DNA from: Nemertoderma westbladi
Lineage: Eukaryota; Animalia; Xenacoelomorpha
Assembly: GCA_032718475.1 (NCBI GenBank)
Contig: JAUCBJ010000539.1
Coordinates: 31,742-95,741, forward strand
DNA length: 64,000 nucleotides
Reading direction: 5' to 3'
The position numbers and the translations under genes were made by a program. How positions within the stretch are numbered: the first letter of the stretch is position 1; every line of letters begins with the position of its first letter. The notes beneath the pieces are model-generated. The model saw only the letters and a program-made list of their open reading frames with translations. It made no database searches and had not been told where the DNA came from. Positions 1 to 10,641 of this stretch are shown one piece after another.

Positions 1-14
1 ATTCGAATTTCAGT

Positions 15-320
15 TTATGGTTCCGACTCCGCTGGGCAGGATATATAGTCGACATAGTCCGTATTATGTAAATCGATAGGATGACCAGTAGTTAAGAAGC
101 CCATATACGTACCATTACGCTGCATATATCGAGCAGCGAATTTTCTATAGTCCAACTCTCGCGAGAGCTGCTCTTGGGACATTGGCGGTTCGATATAACG
201 ACCATCGTCCTCCGCAGCAGTTGGACTAACGTCGCCGCGTATTAAGCTATCAACAAACGCTTGTAAAAGTAGAGTATATCGCTCCCTGATACCAAGACCA
301 TCTTCTATCAACTCCGTCAT
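15..320 (-). CDS. Start of an accessory ORF of unknown function in the Bel/Pao 3' region (MTELIEDGLG...)
   Basis: ATG at 320 follows an acceptor-like TATATAGCAG. A homologue lies at ~60700-60985. Stops at 15 in this copy and may be decayed. Confidence 0.5.
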   Translation of the reverse strand: MTELIEDGLGIRERYTLLLQAFVDSLIRGDVSPTAAEDDGRYIEPPMSQEQLSRELDYRKFAARYMQRNGTYMGFLTTGHPIDLHNTDYVDYISCPAESEP

Positions 321-1149
321 ATCTGCTATATATGAGTTTATCCATATTATAATGAGTTTATATTTAGGCGAGCGGGCGTCGCTGCCTACCCCAATCAACC
401 CCCGGACAGTACGAGATCCTCAGCGCCGATGTGTCGTCGCCGCTGTACTTTCGCCAACGACGTAGCCGCACAACGACAACGACAACCGGCACAAGTCACT
501 CGACTGTCCGTCCCAAAGGCTTAGATGTACTTCAGGTTTTCCTTGGAGAGTTAGGTTACTCTTACGATTGCGACTAGCTACTGTAAACACACCTTAGCAG
601 TAACATTCACCTATAAACTCACAAATACCACACACACAACTTGTCACAAATTACACACATTCGGGCCATTTGTCCGTTAGTCAATGCCTTCCAGAATGTC
701 ACTGTATTATTATGTATCCTTGGATACTAGTAGTGCGCTATTTATTCCCTATGCTATTCAATGGGACAAGCTTTCTATTGTTCTTTTAACTCAATTCTAA
801 TTCTAGCGTGGTTGTTGCTATGGTGACATTATGCAAAGCTAGCGGTAGAATTAGGGTAGTTCCAATGCATACAGATCTGGGATGTTATTTAATAGTATTC
901 TTTAATAGTCAATGTTCTGTTTTATACATGACTTTATGAATTTTATCGGCTATTGACTATGTTTGGGAGACTTTCACACACTCATACGCATGATAAGATA
1001 AATCTCCGCTCCCTTGATCTATTAATTAATGGAATTTTGGGAATGTTATAAATTGCGTAAAAATGGCAATTTATTAAATTCATTAAAAGGCATGAATTTA
1101 AATTTATTCCCTGAAATTTTATTATTTGATAATTAAATTGACATATTTT

Positions 1150-1460
1150 GATTCTAGAACATGTCTGGGGACACAAGATCCTTCATTCTATGACAATTGT
1201 CTTTTTAAGAATATCGGTAAATGCTACGATATCTTAATTGACTAGAATTGTTGAAGGATCTGAATTTTACAGATTTTGATTTATTAGATTTGCAAATATT
1301 AAATAATTAATATTTGAGATGGGCACCAATTTATTCCAGAACTTGTCTGGGGACGTTAACCACTGATTCTATAATTTGTCTTTCAAGTATATCGGTGGGT
1401 GCCGCGATATCTTAATCGACTAGAATTACAGATGGTCAAAAGGTTTAACAGATTTATGTG
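1150..1460. repeat. Diverged ~182-bp-period direct duplication in the element's 3' non-coding region
   Basis: TGTCTGGGGAC...ATATCGGT...CGATATCTTAAT.GACTAGAATT occurs at ~1161 and ~1343. Confidence 0.75.
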
Positions 1461-1974
1461 CGTTTTACGCTACTGTTAGAGGGACATCACGCTACTATAT
1501 GTATTATTATATACGGTATGAGAGCAATATCGCACGAAGCAATGTCAGTGTGAAGAGGCAAGTCGTTTCCAAAGTCTACCCAGAGCTTGGTTTAGCCGAG
1601 ACACGAGGATCTGAACTTTGCATTCCTAATACTCTGCCTACCAATAATACTTAAATATAGTAGTGGCTTTATTGTACTTTAATAAGTACGGACATTTCAT
1701 CTTACTGTAGTCACGTATTTATAATATGATACGGACAGTAAGGAAAGAGGAAAAGAATTATTTCTTGCCGTCGCATTAAATATAATATATACGTAATTAA
1801 GTAATAAACGCGAATATATATTGCACTAATCTACTAAATAATCGCTAAAATAACATTCTACTGAATAAAATTAAAGAAAACGATTATAATAAAATTACAT
1901 AGTAATACATACAGAAATATAAAAATAATAAAATAATATAAAATAATAGAGTCACACACCCACTCCATATGTTG

Positions 1975-4900
1975 TTACGTTATGGAGTCCCTAGATGTTT
2001 GAAGGATTAGGGAGGTGGTCGTGGGAAGAGAATCTTGCCTTCCACAGTTTCCGGAGAGTCCTCCATTCCCTTCCGATAAACACAAACGACCGACTGGGTG
2101 ATTGAGTCGCTGCATCCTGAATACAATTCCAGGTTTCCTCTTCGTCCTGGAATAGTGACGATAGAAACATCGCTCAAAGTATATGACGGCGTCACAAAGC
2201 CGATTCCAGGAGCTATAGTGGTCCGTCGCTCTCTGCAGGAGAGGTGAGAGTCCCTGAGAGACGTCTGATGTTCCAGAGCTCCAATCGCTCTCTCTGATCT
2301 TCATGAAGGATCCACTCGCGGTGGGGAGGCCCAGATCCACGGCGTCGTCCCTGGCAACATGTAATACCGACAGATCTATCCCGGGTTCAAATAACTCCGA
2401 TCCACCCGTCCGGGTTTCAGGTTCGACTTTCTCCGCTCCCTTGGCTGGTCTAATCTCAGTCGGAGTAAGATGGGGAGGCCATTCATTCTCCTTACTCAGG
2501 AAGTCGGGTTCACCTAACCGGTCTATAGTATCTGTCAGTTCTTGAGGAGTTGCTCCTCTGGAAGCGATGTCAGTTGGATTAAACTTCTTGGGGCAATATC
2601 TCCATTGATCTATATTGGAGCTAAGATTGTCATTATCTGAGGAGTGTGGTGTTCCCTCAGTTGGGTCGTCTCCCTCACTAGTATCATCTTCCCATTCACT
2701 CACCTGGCAGACGCGATCTTGAAGCAGTCTTTCCCTGAGCGTTCTACGGGAAGGTCCAGTAAGGTACCAACCTACTCTAGTTCTTACCGCATAGGTCTGT
2801 AGTGGCTGCGGTTGAGCAGGTCGTTTCTCTAATGTCTCCAGCGCCTCATGCGCGTTTTGACCGATTAATATTTGTACTCCAGGATAATCGGTGTCGAATC
2901 TAGGGATGTTAAGTTGTTGGGCATGATCATCTTCGTCCCAATTATAAGGTTCCACTTGGGTGGTAGCGAAGTTCTTTATTGCCACCATTTTTACTGACCT
3001 TATACTGTATTCTCCTAGTTTATCCTGTGGAGTGGACAACTCACCTATATAATAGTCGGCAGCTACAGTAGAATTCCAAACCTGCATGATCCCTGACATG
3101 TTTAGCTTGGTTCGGAACTTGGGTTGTCCAGCAAAGATGACTTCGGCTAGTTCTTTATCGATGAATGTTCCTGTGCTACCGGAGTCCAGGAGGGCGTTCA
3201 CTATATAGCTCTTCTGAGGTCCGTGGACCCGTAACTGGACTACAGGAAATTCTCGGATTCCTATATTGGAAGTTGGCGCTTTCCAAGATGGTTGTTGATC
3301 GGAAGTAGTTAAGGTAAGGTCGCTGTCTGTGTCTTTCTCATACACGAGTGCTCGATACACTGCGGTGGTGTTTATTAGGTAACAGGATTCGTTTTGGTCG
3401 GAGAACTCGTCCGTATAGAATCCTTCCATCTCAGATTGATCAGTGTCGTTCACATCACTGAATTGGACATGTAGTTCGGACTCACTTACCTGACTCGGGC
3501 TGTTTCGTTCGAATTCCATGTGCAACAAGATATGATGTTTTGCGCCGCACTTCGCACACCTTGCGTCGGAGTTACAGGTTCGCCGTTGGTGTCCTCGTCT
3601 GAGACAATTATAACACAACCGCTTATCCCACATGACTTCACGTCTATCCTTTAGTGATTTCCTCAGGAATTTATCACACGCATTTAAACGGTGGGGCCCG
3701 TCGCACAGCACACATTTGGGCTTGATGTTACTTACTTTAACATGTGCTGTGTGGTGCACACTTGTTCTTTCCTCGGGCTTTCTCACCTGAATTCTTTTAG
3801 GAGACGTAGGAGGGGTTTTTTGTACCGGTTCCCTTCTGTCATTGGGTCGAGACTTGGATTTACTTACCTGATCTTTAGGCATTTTATTGACATAAGATCT
3901 GTCAGTGTCTTTCCCGCTGTCCTCTCCTTGAGAAGTTTGGCTTTCACCGTCGTCGGTATAACATACTGGTGTTACCCTTCTCCTAGAAACGGGTTTCTCA
4001 CTTACCTTACTTTCCGCTGTCTTCTCTCTGGACTGCTTTATGAGCTGTAATTTCACCTCGCTATCCAGGAATGACATGAGATCAGCCATGGTAGGGTCTC
4101 GTTGTTGTTGTTCCATCATATATAACACCTTCTTGTCCCAGCGTGTACCTACTCCACCCTTGGGCAAAGTAGATGCTAAGGCTCCTACAACCATAGAATT
4201 CTGGTATTCATGAGACTTACCTAACCAATCTAGTTGTCTACAGATCTCCTGAATCTCATCGGAAAACTCTATAATCCCGCTGCTAAGAAACTTTCGGGGC
4301 GCCATTAATTTCGCATATAAATACCTAGCTATGTTAGTCCTATTACCATACCTGATGTTTAGTGTATCCCAAACTTGTCTTAATCCATCTGGATGTCCAA
4401 TAAATTTTAACGCCATTGACTTGGGAGGTCCTTCCAAACATTCGATGAGGAATCTAAGTTTCTCTCCGTTAGATAGTACAGAGTTCTGTATGTTATCTTT
4501 ATAATATTCATTAAAAGGTAACCATTTCATCTCATCTCCATTGAACTTGACGATCTCTCCCACCTTTACCGCTTGCCGTGCTTCGGTTCTAGCCATTTGA
4601 CGCGTAAAACTTTCTTGGGCCATCGTGTTATTGAATATCGAGTTATCGGTATATAAATTTCTCGGATTATGATCAGGTCTATAGGGAATATCACTATCAA
4701 CAGGTCTATAATTACCCTGAATAGGGTTTACTATAGGAGTTTCTACTTCGCTAGCAGTATAGATGCGTGTAGGCTCCACACCTTGCGCATGAGATACTTC
4801 AGACCTAACGGGTTGACACATTGTTACAGGGGGTGGTGTTATACCCCTTTGTATGTTCACTAATTTATCGCATTCTAATGCGATACTTTGCTGCACCTTT

Positions 4901-5400
4901 TGCAACTCTAACCTACTTTCCCTTACTGTTCCCTTGAGCTGCTGAACAGTCTCTTCCATTTCCCGGACCTGCTGAGAGGAGCACAAACAGTGTTCCCTCA
5001 GCTGCTCGAGCAGGAGACCCATCTCCCGTCGTCCCTCAGCTACCCACTCAACCGCCGAAGCGGGAGTCGCCAACGTTGTAGCGGGCGAGCGAGAGACGAC
5101 GGGCGATAAATTCTTAATATCTCGCTCGGCGTCCAGGATGGGTTCGGACTCGGGAACAGTCCTACTGGGCACAGGTAGTTTAGTACTGTACAAAGGGAAT
5201 TTATAGGCAGGTTCTGGGAGTACAGGTGTCTCTATCTTTCTTTCCGCTTCTACTGTTGCCATTGCCTCTGCCGCCTTTCTTTTCGCTTCTGCTGTTGCCA
5301 TTGCCTCTGCCATCTTCCTTTCAAGACCCTGTCCAAGTCTAAGGCTGATTCTAACACCTTCCAAAAGACTATCTGACAGTGCCCGTTTTGTGTCAGACAT
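1975..5400 (-). CDS. gag: Bel/Pao Gag-aspartic protease polyprotein with vestigial pol (1141 aa)
   Basis: DUF1759-like KFNGDEMKWLPF...EKLRFLIECLEG. Bel/Pao triple Zn knuckle CVLCDGPHRLNAC / CYNCLRRGHQRRTC / CAKCGAKHHILLH. Protease ALLDSGSTGTFI. RNase H tail WRYCPKKFNPTDIASRG. No RT YxDD motif or integrase core seen. Confidence 0.92.
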   Translation of the reverse strand: MSDTKRALSDSLLEGVRISLRLGQGLERKMAEAMATAEAKRKAAEAMATVEAERKIETPVLPEPAYKFPLYSTKLPVPSRTVPESEPILDAERDIKNLSPVVSRSPATTLATPASAVEWVAEGRREMGLLLEQLREHCLCSSQQVREMEETVQQLKGTVRESRLELQKVQQSIALECDKLVNIQRGITPPPVTMCQPVRSEVSHAQGVEPTRIYTASEVETPIVNPIQGNYRPVDSDIPYRPDHNPRNLYTDNSIFNNTMAQESFTRQMARTEARQAVKVGEIVKFNGDEMKWLPFNEYYKDNIQNSVLSNGEKLRFLIECLEGPPKSMALKFIGHPDGLRQVWDTLNIRYGNRTNIARYLYAKLMAPRKFLSSGIIEFSDEIQEICRQLDWLGKSHEYQNSMVVGALASTLPKGGVGTRWDKKVLYMMEQQQRDPTMADLMSFLDSEVKLQLIKQSREKTAESKVSEKPVSRRRVTPVCYTDDGESQTSQGEDSGKDTDRSYVNKMPKDQVSKSKSRPNDRREPVQKTPPTSPKRIQVRKPEERTSVHHTAHVKVSNIKPKCVLCDGPHRLNACDKFLRKSLKDRREVMWDKRLCYNCLRRGHQRRTCNSDARCAKCGAKHHILLHMEFERNSPSQVSESELHVQFSDVNDTDQSEMEGFYTDEFSDQNESCYLINTTAVYRALVYEKDTDSDLTLTTSDQQPSWKAPTSNIGIREFPVVQLRVHGPQKSYIVNALLDSGSTGTFIDKELAEVIFAGQPKFRTKLNMSGIMQVWNSTVAADYYIGELSTPQDKLGEYSIRSVKMVAIKNFATTQVEPYNWDEDDHAQQLNIPRFDTDYPGVQILIGQNAHEALETLEKRPAQPQPLQTYAVRTRVGWYLTGPSRRTLRERLLQDRVCQVSEWEDDTSEGDDPTEGTPHSSDNDNLSSNIDQWRYCPKKFNPTDIASRGATPQELTDTIDRLGEPDFLSKENEWPPHLTPTEIRPAKGAEKVEPETRTGGSELFEPGIDLSVLHVARDDAVDLGLPTASGSFMKIRESDWSSGTSDVSQGLSPLLQRATDHYSSWNRLCDAVIYFERCFYRHYSRTKRKPGIVFRMQRLNHPVGRLCLSEGNGGLSGNCGRQDSLPTTTSLILQTSRDSIT

Positions 5401-5489
5401 TTTTGTTTGTACAGTTGAATGCCTACTGCTATATTACAGTCTAAGCAAGTCTAGTAATTCAGTATTAACTGCTAGCCTAGTAATTAATT

Positions 5490-5780
5490 ACCGATACTGC
5501 TACTCAGTGTAGCATGATATATATATAATATATTAGAATACCGGTATGCTTATAGTATATATAAGTATTATTACAGACTAGGTTTATCTCAGAATACCGG
5601 TATAATTTTAGCACAAATATATATAAATATATAATAGGCCTATCGGGAATACCGGTATACAGCTTACAATTTGTAGTATATATAATTCTGGACTAGAATT
5701 AATTACAAGTACCGGTATAATTTCAGCCTAAATTTACAGAAATAAAGATAATAGGCCTATCGTAAATACCGGTATATCAA
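5490..5780. repeat. Degenerate ~56-bp tandem repeats centred on ATACCGGTAT in the 5' leader
   Basis: Motif at ~5538, 5594, 5649, 5710 and 5766. Confidence 0.7.
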
Positions 5781-6717
5781 TTATTTTAAATAATTGAATT
5801 TCTGAACTTTAGGGTTACTTTGTTACTTTACTTACTTTATTACCGTTATTTGAACAGTAGTCCAACTGATATTGAGACCTAATGGTTATATGGTAGGCCT
5901 ACTATTTATAAATCGTTAGATTTGATTTATAATATATATATACCCGTTTTAATGGGCTTTGTCAATATTTGAAATAAATGTTATTATTTCTGGGGAGTAA
6001 TCACTACACAAAGCGGTACGCTTTCAGTGAAGTGTTACTTATAGGACACTAAAACAAATAATTCTAATTTACCTAAGTTACTTAATACTACAAATTACGT
6101 ACAATTCGGGTTGAGATTACAATCTCTAAATAAACACAAAAATTTACAAAAAAACACAAAATACGAATTTTTAGGGTAATTTTACAAGAAGTCTACAAAC
6201 CAGCCTAACAAAGGGTTAGAATCTGGTTATTACAACGAACAGGGTACTACGGTATTTGAAAATAATAAGTAGTAGTAAATACACTGCGTTGTCTAGATAG
6301 GAAAATACCACCGCCTGACGACCTATAGCCGTATCGCTATAGGTTCTACGTTATGTATCACGGAGTGTTCCTACCTAGAAGCTAATAGAGCTAATCGAAG
6401 GTGCCTATCAACCACTTTACAACACAAATATAATGCCTACAATAATTACTTTCGGAAAGCACTGTACACTAAACCCTAAATTAGGTACGAGTACTTGTAC
6501 AACAGATAATCAGTAGTTAACTATACTTGAACAGCTAAAAGAACCACGGCATCTGCTGGAGTGACCGGTGCACAAAATCACCAGTCTTTACCTACGCCAA
6601 GCAGCCCGTGTAGTACCGGGGTTAATTTAACTATAACGGTATGTATAACAAACACAATTACTGTAGGAACAAACTTGGGGAATATGAATGTTGCGAATAA
6701 TCGCATAAACTCTGAAT

Positions 6718-7292
6718 AATAAATATTACGCTACGCGTACAAACTACTCAAACAAAATGCAGACCAAATACCGACAGACTACTATCAAGCCTAAACAAAC
6801 TACGGTATATGCAGACTCCGAAATGATTAGGCAGTATGCGTTCTAACCCAGTAGTACGACTTATTCTTTAATTGGGGGTTTACCTTACAGCATTCGCTGC
6901 CCCTACTTCCTAACCGTTCTTTATCGGACAAGTGATCTACACACGCTGCAATCCGCTCAGGCCTAATAACAGCCAGACAACTATCCAGCCTACAAATTAT
7001 CTAAATAAATATTATACGCTACCCGTACAGACTTACACAAACAAAGTACAGACTAAACGATGGCAGACTACTCTCAAGCCTAAATAAACTACAGGACATG
7101 CAGACTCCGAAATGATTAGGCAGTATGCGTTCTAACCCAGTAGTACGACTTATTCTTTAATTGGGGGTTTACCTTACAGCATTTGCTGCCCCTACTTCCT
7201 AACCGTACTTAATTGGACAGGTGCTCTACACACACTGTAATCCGTTCAGACCTCACAGCAATCAGACAACAGCTCAGCCTACAAATTGTCTG
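6718..7292. repeat. 289-bp tandem duplication in the 5' leader
   Basis: GCAGACTCCGAAATGATTAGG starts at 6811 and 7100. The core is near-identical and the flanks are diverged. Confidence 0.9.
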
Positions 7293-7463
7293 TACAATCT
7301 GATCAGGTTTACACGCCTTCTGTTCAATACTGGCCTACTAACAAATAAAACTGACAGAAATAAGTAAGCTCCAAAAGAAACAAGGGGTGTACAGTCCCTA
7401 ATCTCTTAAACAGCCTACCGGTATACAACAATCAAGTCGAATAATACTAATGTACTTATACGG

Positions 7464-7610
7464 AAGTACCGGTTAGGACAGTTAGGCCTACGGACCTACA
7501 GAAGTACCGGTTCTGGCAGTTGGACCTACGGGCCTACGGCAGTACCGGTTCTGGCAGTTGGGCCTACTGACCTACAGATGTACCGTTCAGGTTTACCGGT
7601 TGACCGGTAC
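7464..7610. repeat. ~38-bp tandem repeat (GTACCGGTTCTGGCAGTTGGACCTACGGGCCTAC), 3-4 copies
   Basis: Units start at ~7466, 7504, 7542 and 7580. Confidence 0.8.
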
Positions 7611-7643
7611 TTTCAACTTTATTGCTTACTGCAATAAAGAAGC

Positions 7644-7655
7644 TATATCCTTTAT
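7644..7655 (-). promoter_or_regulatory. Putative non-tRNA (self-priming) primer binding site ATAAAGGATATA
   Basis: Immediately follows the LTR end ...GCGAACA on the minus strand, lacks TGG, and is the exact complement of minus-strand 8390-8379 inside the LTR. Confidence 0.6.
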
Positions 7656-8893
7656 TGTTCGCGCTTTCAGACCTTTGGCAGTTTAACCCGCCAAATTAGG
7701 ATGTCTTCTAGATAATAAATCGCTTTAGCCTCTGACAAGTATTTGATTCACTACACTAGTTGAAACCAATCTGTGCGCGATCATTCACCCGTTGGATATA
7801 CCCGGGAGATTGACTTCGACGGCTTAATCGTATTGCTATGTAAGCCTAATGTATTATTCGACTGACAGTATTATATAATCTCTGACAATATTATTCACCT
7901 TCGGGGAATATTAACAGTTCCTTTAGGACGTGGCGCTCTATCTATATAAACAGAGCTATGACTTAAACTACTCACAACGATATGGCTTAGTTATAATTCA
8001 CATATATGTCGCATTCTTTAGGAAATGCTTCTTTATCAGTTTCACTCATACACAATGCTGCACAATACTGCACACTAATCTGCCGATCTTCACTGATTTT
8101 AGTCACATATAAAAGGAACACGGACTGAATCATGTAGGGTCTATCAAATAACATTAGATTCACTTCAAACCACTTTAACATAAGTCACAATCGTTATATG
8201 TAACCCTTCTCTCTTACCTTCGGTATATCAAGAATATTGGGTTTTCGGGGTTATTTCTCGTTATTCCAATATAATAATTCATCAACAAATATAATGAATA
8301 ACCGACAGCAAAATCAGTAAAGTTAAGGTATAAATGATTTGGTATGGTATGCCGCATTTATGGATGTTATGCAGGTCGATAAAGGATATATGTCCTTATA
8401 ATTAAGCCTACTAGTGTAAGGCTAAAGCAGAAAAGCACAAAATACTCTAAAGCCGTTCTTCCTGGCTTAGAATCACTAACAACACTGATAAGAATAACTA
8501 TAAGAATACCAGCTACCCTTATTCCACGAAGCTCCCGTTCAACACAGAGAAAGAGCAGTGAGATAGGAAAATTCAGTTCAGTAGCTCTGTGATAGGTCAA
8601 AATCAAAGCTAACTCAAATTCTATTGGCAGATACAGAAAGCTGCAACGTGGCAATATCAGCCGTTAGCCGTCGTCATGGTAGCGACACTGTTTTCAAGAG
8701 TATCGAGCTTTTTACGTCATGAAATTGCAGATTATGTCCTCTAAAGTACAAATACAGTTCAAATACAGAAGAAATGACTTTTATGTCCTCTAAAACACCA
8801 GTACAGCAAGGACACGGCCTTTTTATGCCTGGCAAACCAACTACAGAGTACTTTAAGGGAAAATAACCGGTTAATGACGCAAAAGCTTTTACA
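7656..8893 (-). repeat. 5' LTR (1238 bp) of the Bel/Pao element
   Basis: Homology with 58209-59375 begins at TGTT(C/T)GCGCTTT and ends at GCTTTTACA in both copies, giving TGT...ACA termini. Confidence 0.9.
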
Positions 8894-8952
8894 CCATCAT
8901 TTCCTTTCCCATAGTGATAATTTATATATTTAGTGGAAACTAAATATTTTAG

Positions 8953-9213
8953 GGCGGGGTAGCTCAGTTGGTTGAGCGCCGGGCCTGCAATCTATTGGTT
9001 GTAGGTTCAGCCCCGCCAGGGTCCACTCAACCTTTCATCCACTGGGGTCGATAAAATGAGTACCAGTTAAATAACTGGGAGCAAATCTTGGGATAGGAGT
9101 AGCCCCCCCCCCCCCCCCCCCCCCCCTACCCTCGGGTAGCAGCCATCGAAAGAGGAGCCTTCGGGACGCCTCCGGCTTCGGCCGACTGTTTGCTTGCTTT
9201 GCTTTTGCTTTTG
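8953..9213 (+). mobile_element. tRNA-derived SINE with conserved central domain and (GCTTT)n tail
   Basis: A-box TAGCTCAGTTGG, degenerate B-box GGTTCAGCCCC, core CTCAACCTTTCATCCACTGGGGTCGATAAAATGAGTACC, and an 11-bp TSD AAATATTTTAG at 8942-8952 and 9214-9224. Confidence 0.85.
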
Positions 9214-9489
9214 AAATATTTTAGTGTAACATTTTTATTAAGTCAATAATTTATTATTAACTGCTTTTATTTTATCGCTATTCATTGCTGATCCAAAGTT
9301 GGTGTAGCAGTACTCAGAAGTATGCTGTGTTATGGAGAAACTTCCCAAAATTTCAAAAGATGGGGTGCATGAAAATTATTTTTCAGCTTGATCGCCAATT
9401 GAAAACGTCTCATTAAAAAATATTTTAAAAATCTAGATTACCCTTGCACTACTAGAGTAAAAAAAGCAAAGTTAGTTTTTGATACTTTT

Positions 9490-9900
9490 TATTTCAGAAA
9501 TATTATATCTATATCATATTAGCTATTTATTGTTAGGTACTGAAAATTATGTTCTACTTCTAGAACAAATATTTTTTGTTCTAGAACATTTTTTTAAAAA
9601 TAGTGCCACTTAACGGTACTACGATTTTATTAGTTCAAATCAATTTCATAAAATGTGGTTTCTTTTTTGACCTCCAACGAAATTCGACGACATGGTTCTG
9701 ATTGAGCTTCTCTGTTGTCTCTTTCCGTATTCGCATGAGCGATTGTATAGATAATTAATTAATAATAATAATAATATGACATAATAAACAAGTTGTTATT
9801 TTTTTTTTAAAAATGTTCTATAACAAAAAATATTTGTTCTAGAATATAATTTTTTCACCGAACAATAGCTAACATGAAATAGATCATTTCTAAAAAAAAT
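9490..9900. repeat. AT-rich inverted repeat element (MITE-like)
   Basis: Arms ~9500-9600 and ~9800-9895 are reverse complements (TTCTAGAACAAATATTTTTTGTT). Confidence 0.6.
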
Positions 9901-9943
9901 AGAAAAACTGACTACTACAAAAAATAACGTTTATAGGTACACA

Positions 9944-10540
9944 TACTGCACCATGTCCTGGAATATAGTGACGTTATTTTCGTCGTTATTGTGTCAAATT
10001 TTTCTACAAATTTTAATGAGATTGCATGAAATTTGAAACAGAGATAGTTTCAACTCCCCCCTCCTTGCTGGGTGAGCCAGAATTTTTATTTTTTGCTCTC
10101 ATTTCTTCAGCTACAAGCGTTTAAAAAAGGTGTCTCCGTCGATATTTCACCAGTTACACCGCAATTATTCTTCAAACCATGCAACTTTCGAACGCTCATA
10201 TCTCCGCTATTTTAGAACGAAATTCAGGTTGTGTTACATATTTGGAATATTTGGAATCCTTGATTAGCCAGCTTTCTAATACTACCAATACATCACTATA
10301 AAGCTTGAAGAATAACTGCGGTGTAACTGGTGCAATTTCGACGGAGACACCTTTTTCAAACGCTTGTAGCTAAAGAATGAAAGCGAAAATAAAAATACTG
10401 GCTCAGCCAGCAAGGAGGAGGGAGGTGAAACTATCTCTGTTTCAAATTTTATGCAATCTCATTAAGAGTTGTAGAAAAAAATGGGGGGGGGGGGGGGGGG
10501 GAGTTGTACCAGAATAAGGACGTGGACGTGGTGTATAGTA
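9944..10540. mobile_element. MITE with long (~200 bp) terminal inverted repeats
   Basis: 10000-10175 is the reverse complement of 10305-10480. Outer ends are CACCATGTCC / GGACGTGGTG. Confidence 0.8.
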
Positions 10541-10641
10541 GTGCCGTTGACTGCCTCTCTTTACACTACAATAACTACATACACTACAATAAAAATGATG
10601 GCTCATTGGCTTTTGACATCATCTATTTATTCCCTTAAATA

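Larger units (their letters stand above)
1..8893 (-). mobile_element. Non-autonomous Bel/Pao LTR retrotransposon (5' LTR, long leader, gag-protease ORF, accessory ORF); continues past the window start
   Basis: LTR 7656-8893 and Bel/Pao gag-PR ORF 1975-5400. Segment ~60-390 is homologous to ~60730-61048, which leads to a PPT and a 3' LTR in the second copy. Confidence 0.88.

Noticed and set aside
15-398. Retroviral-type env gene
   Set aside because: No signal peptide, fusion peptide or TM anchor is evident. Kept as an unknown accessory ORF.
2303-4863. Plus-strand ORFs overlapping gag, and similar shadow ORFs over the speriolin, Penelope, RTE and WD40 regions
   Set aside because: These are antisense or alternative-frame by-products of real coding sequence and show no motifs.
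6811-6916. Known ribozyme (hammerhead, HDV, twister) in the duplicated leader core
   Set aside because: Could not fit any catalytic consensus by eye on either strand.
9103-9126. Poly-C/G runs (also 10483, 23918) as functional G-quadruplexes
   Set aside because: Simple homopolymers within or beside repeats, prone to slippage and sequencing error.
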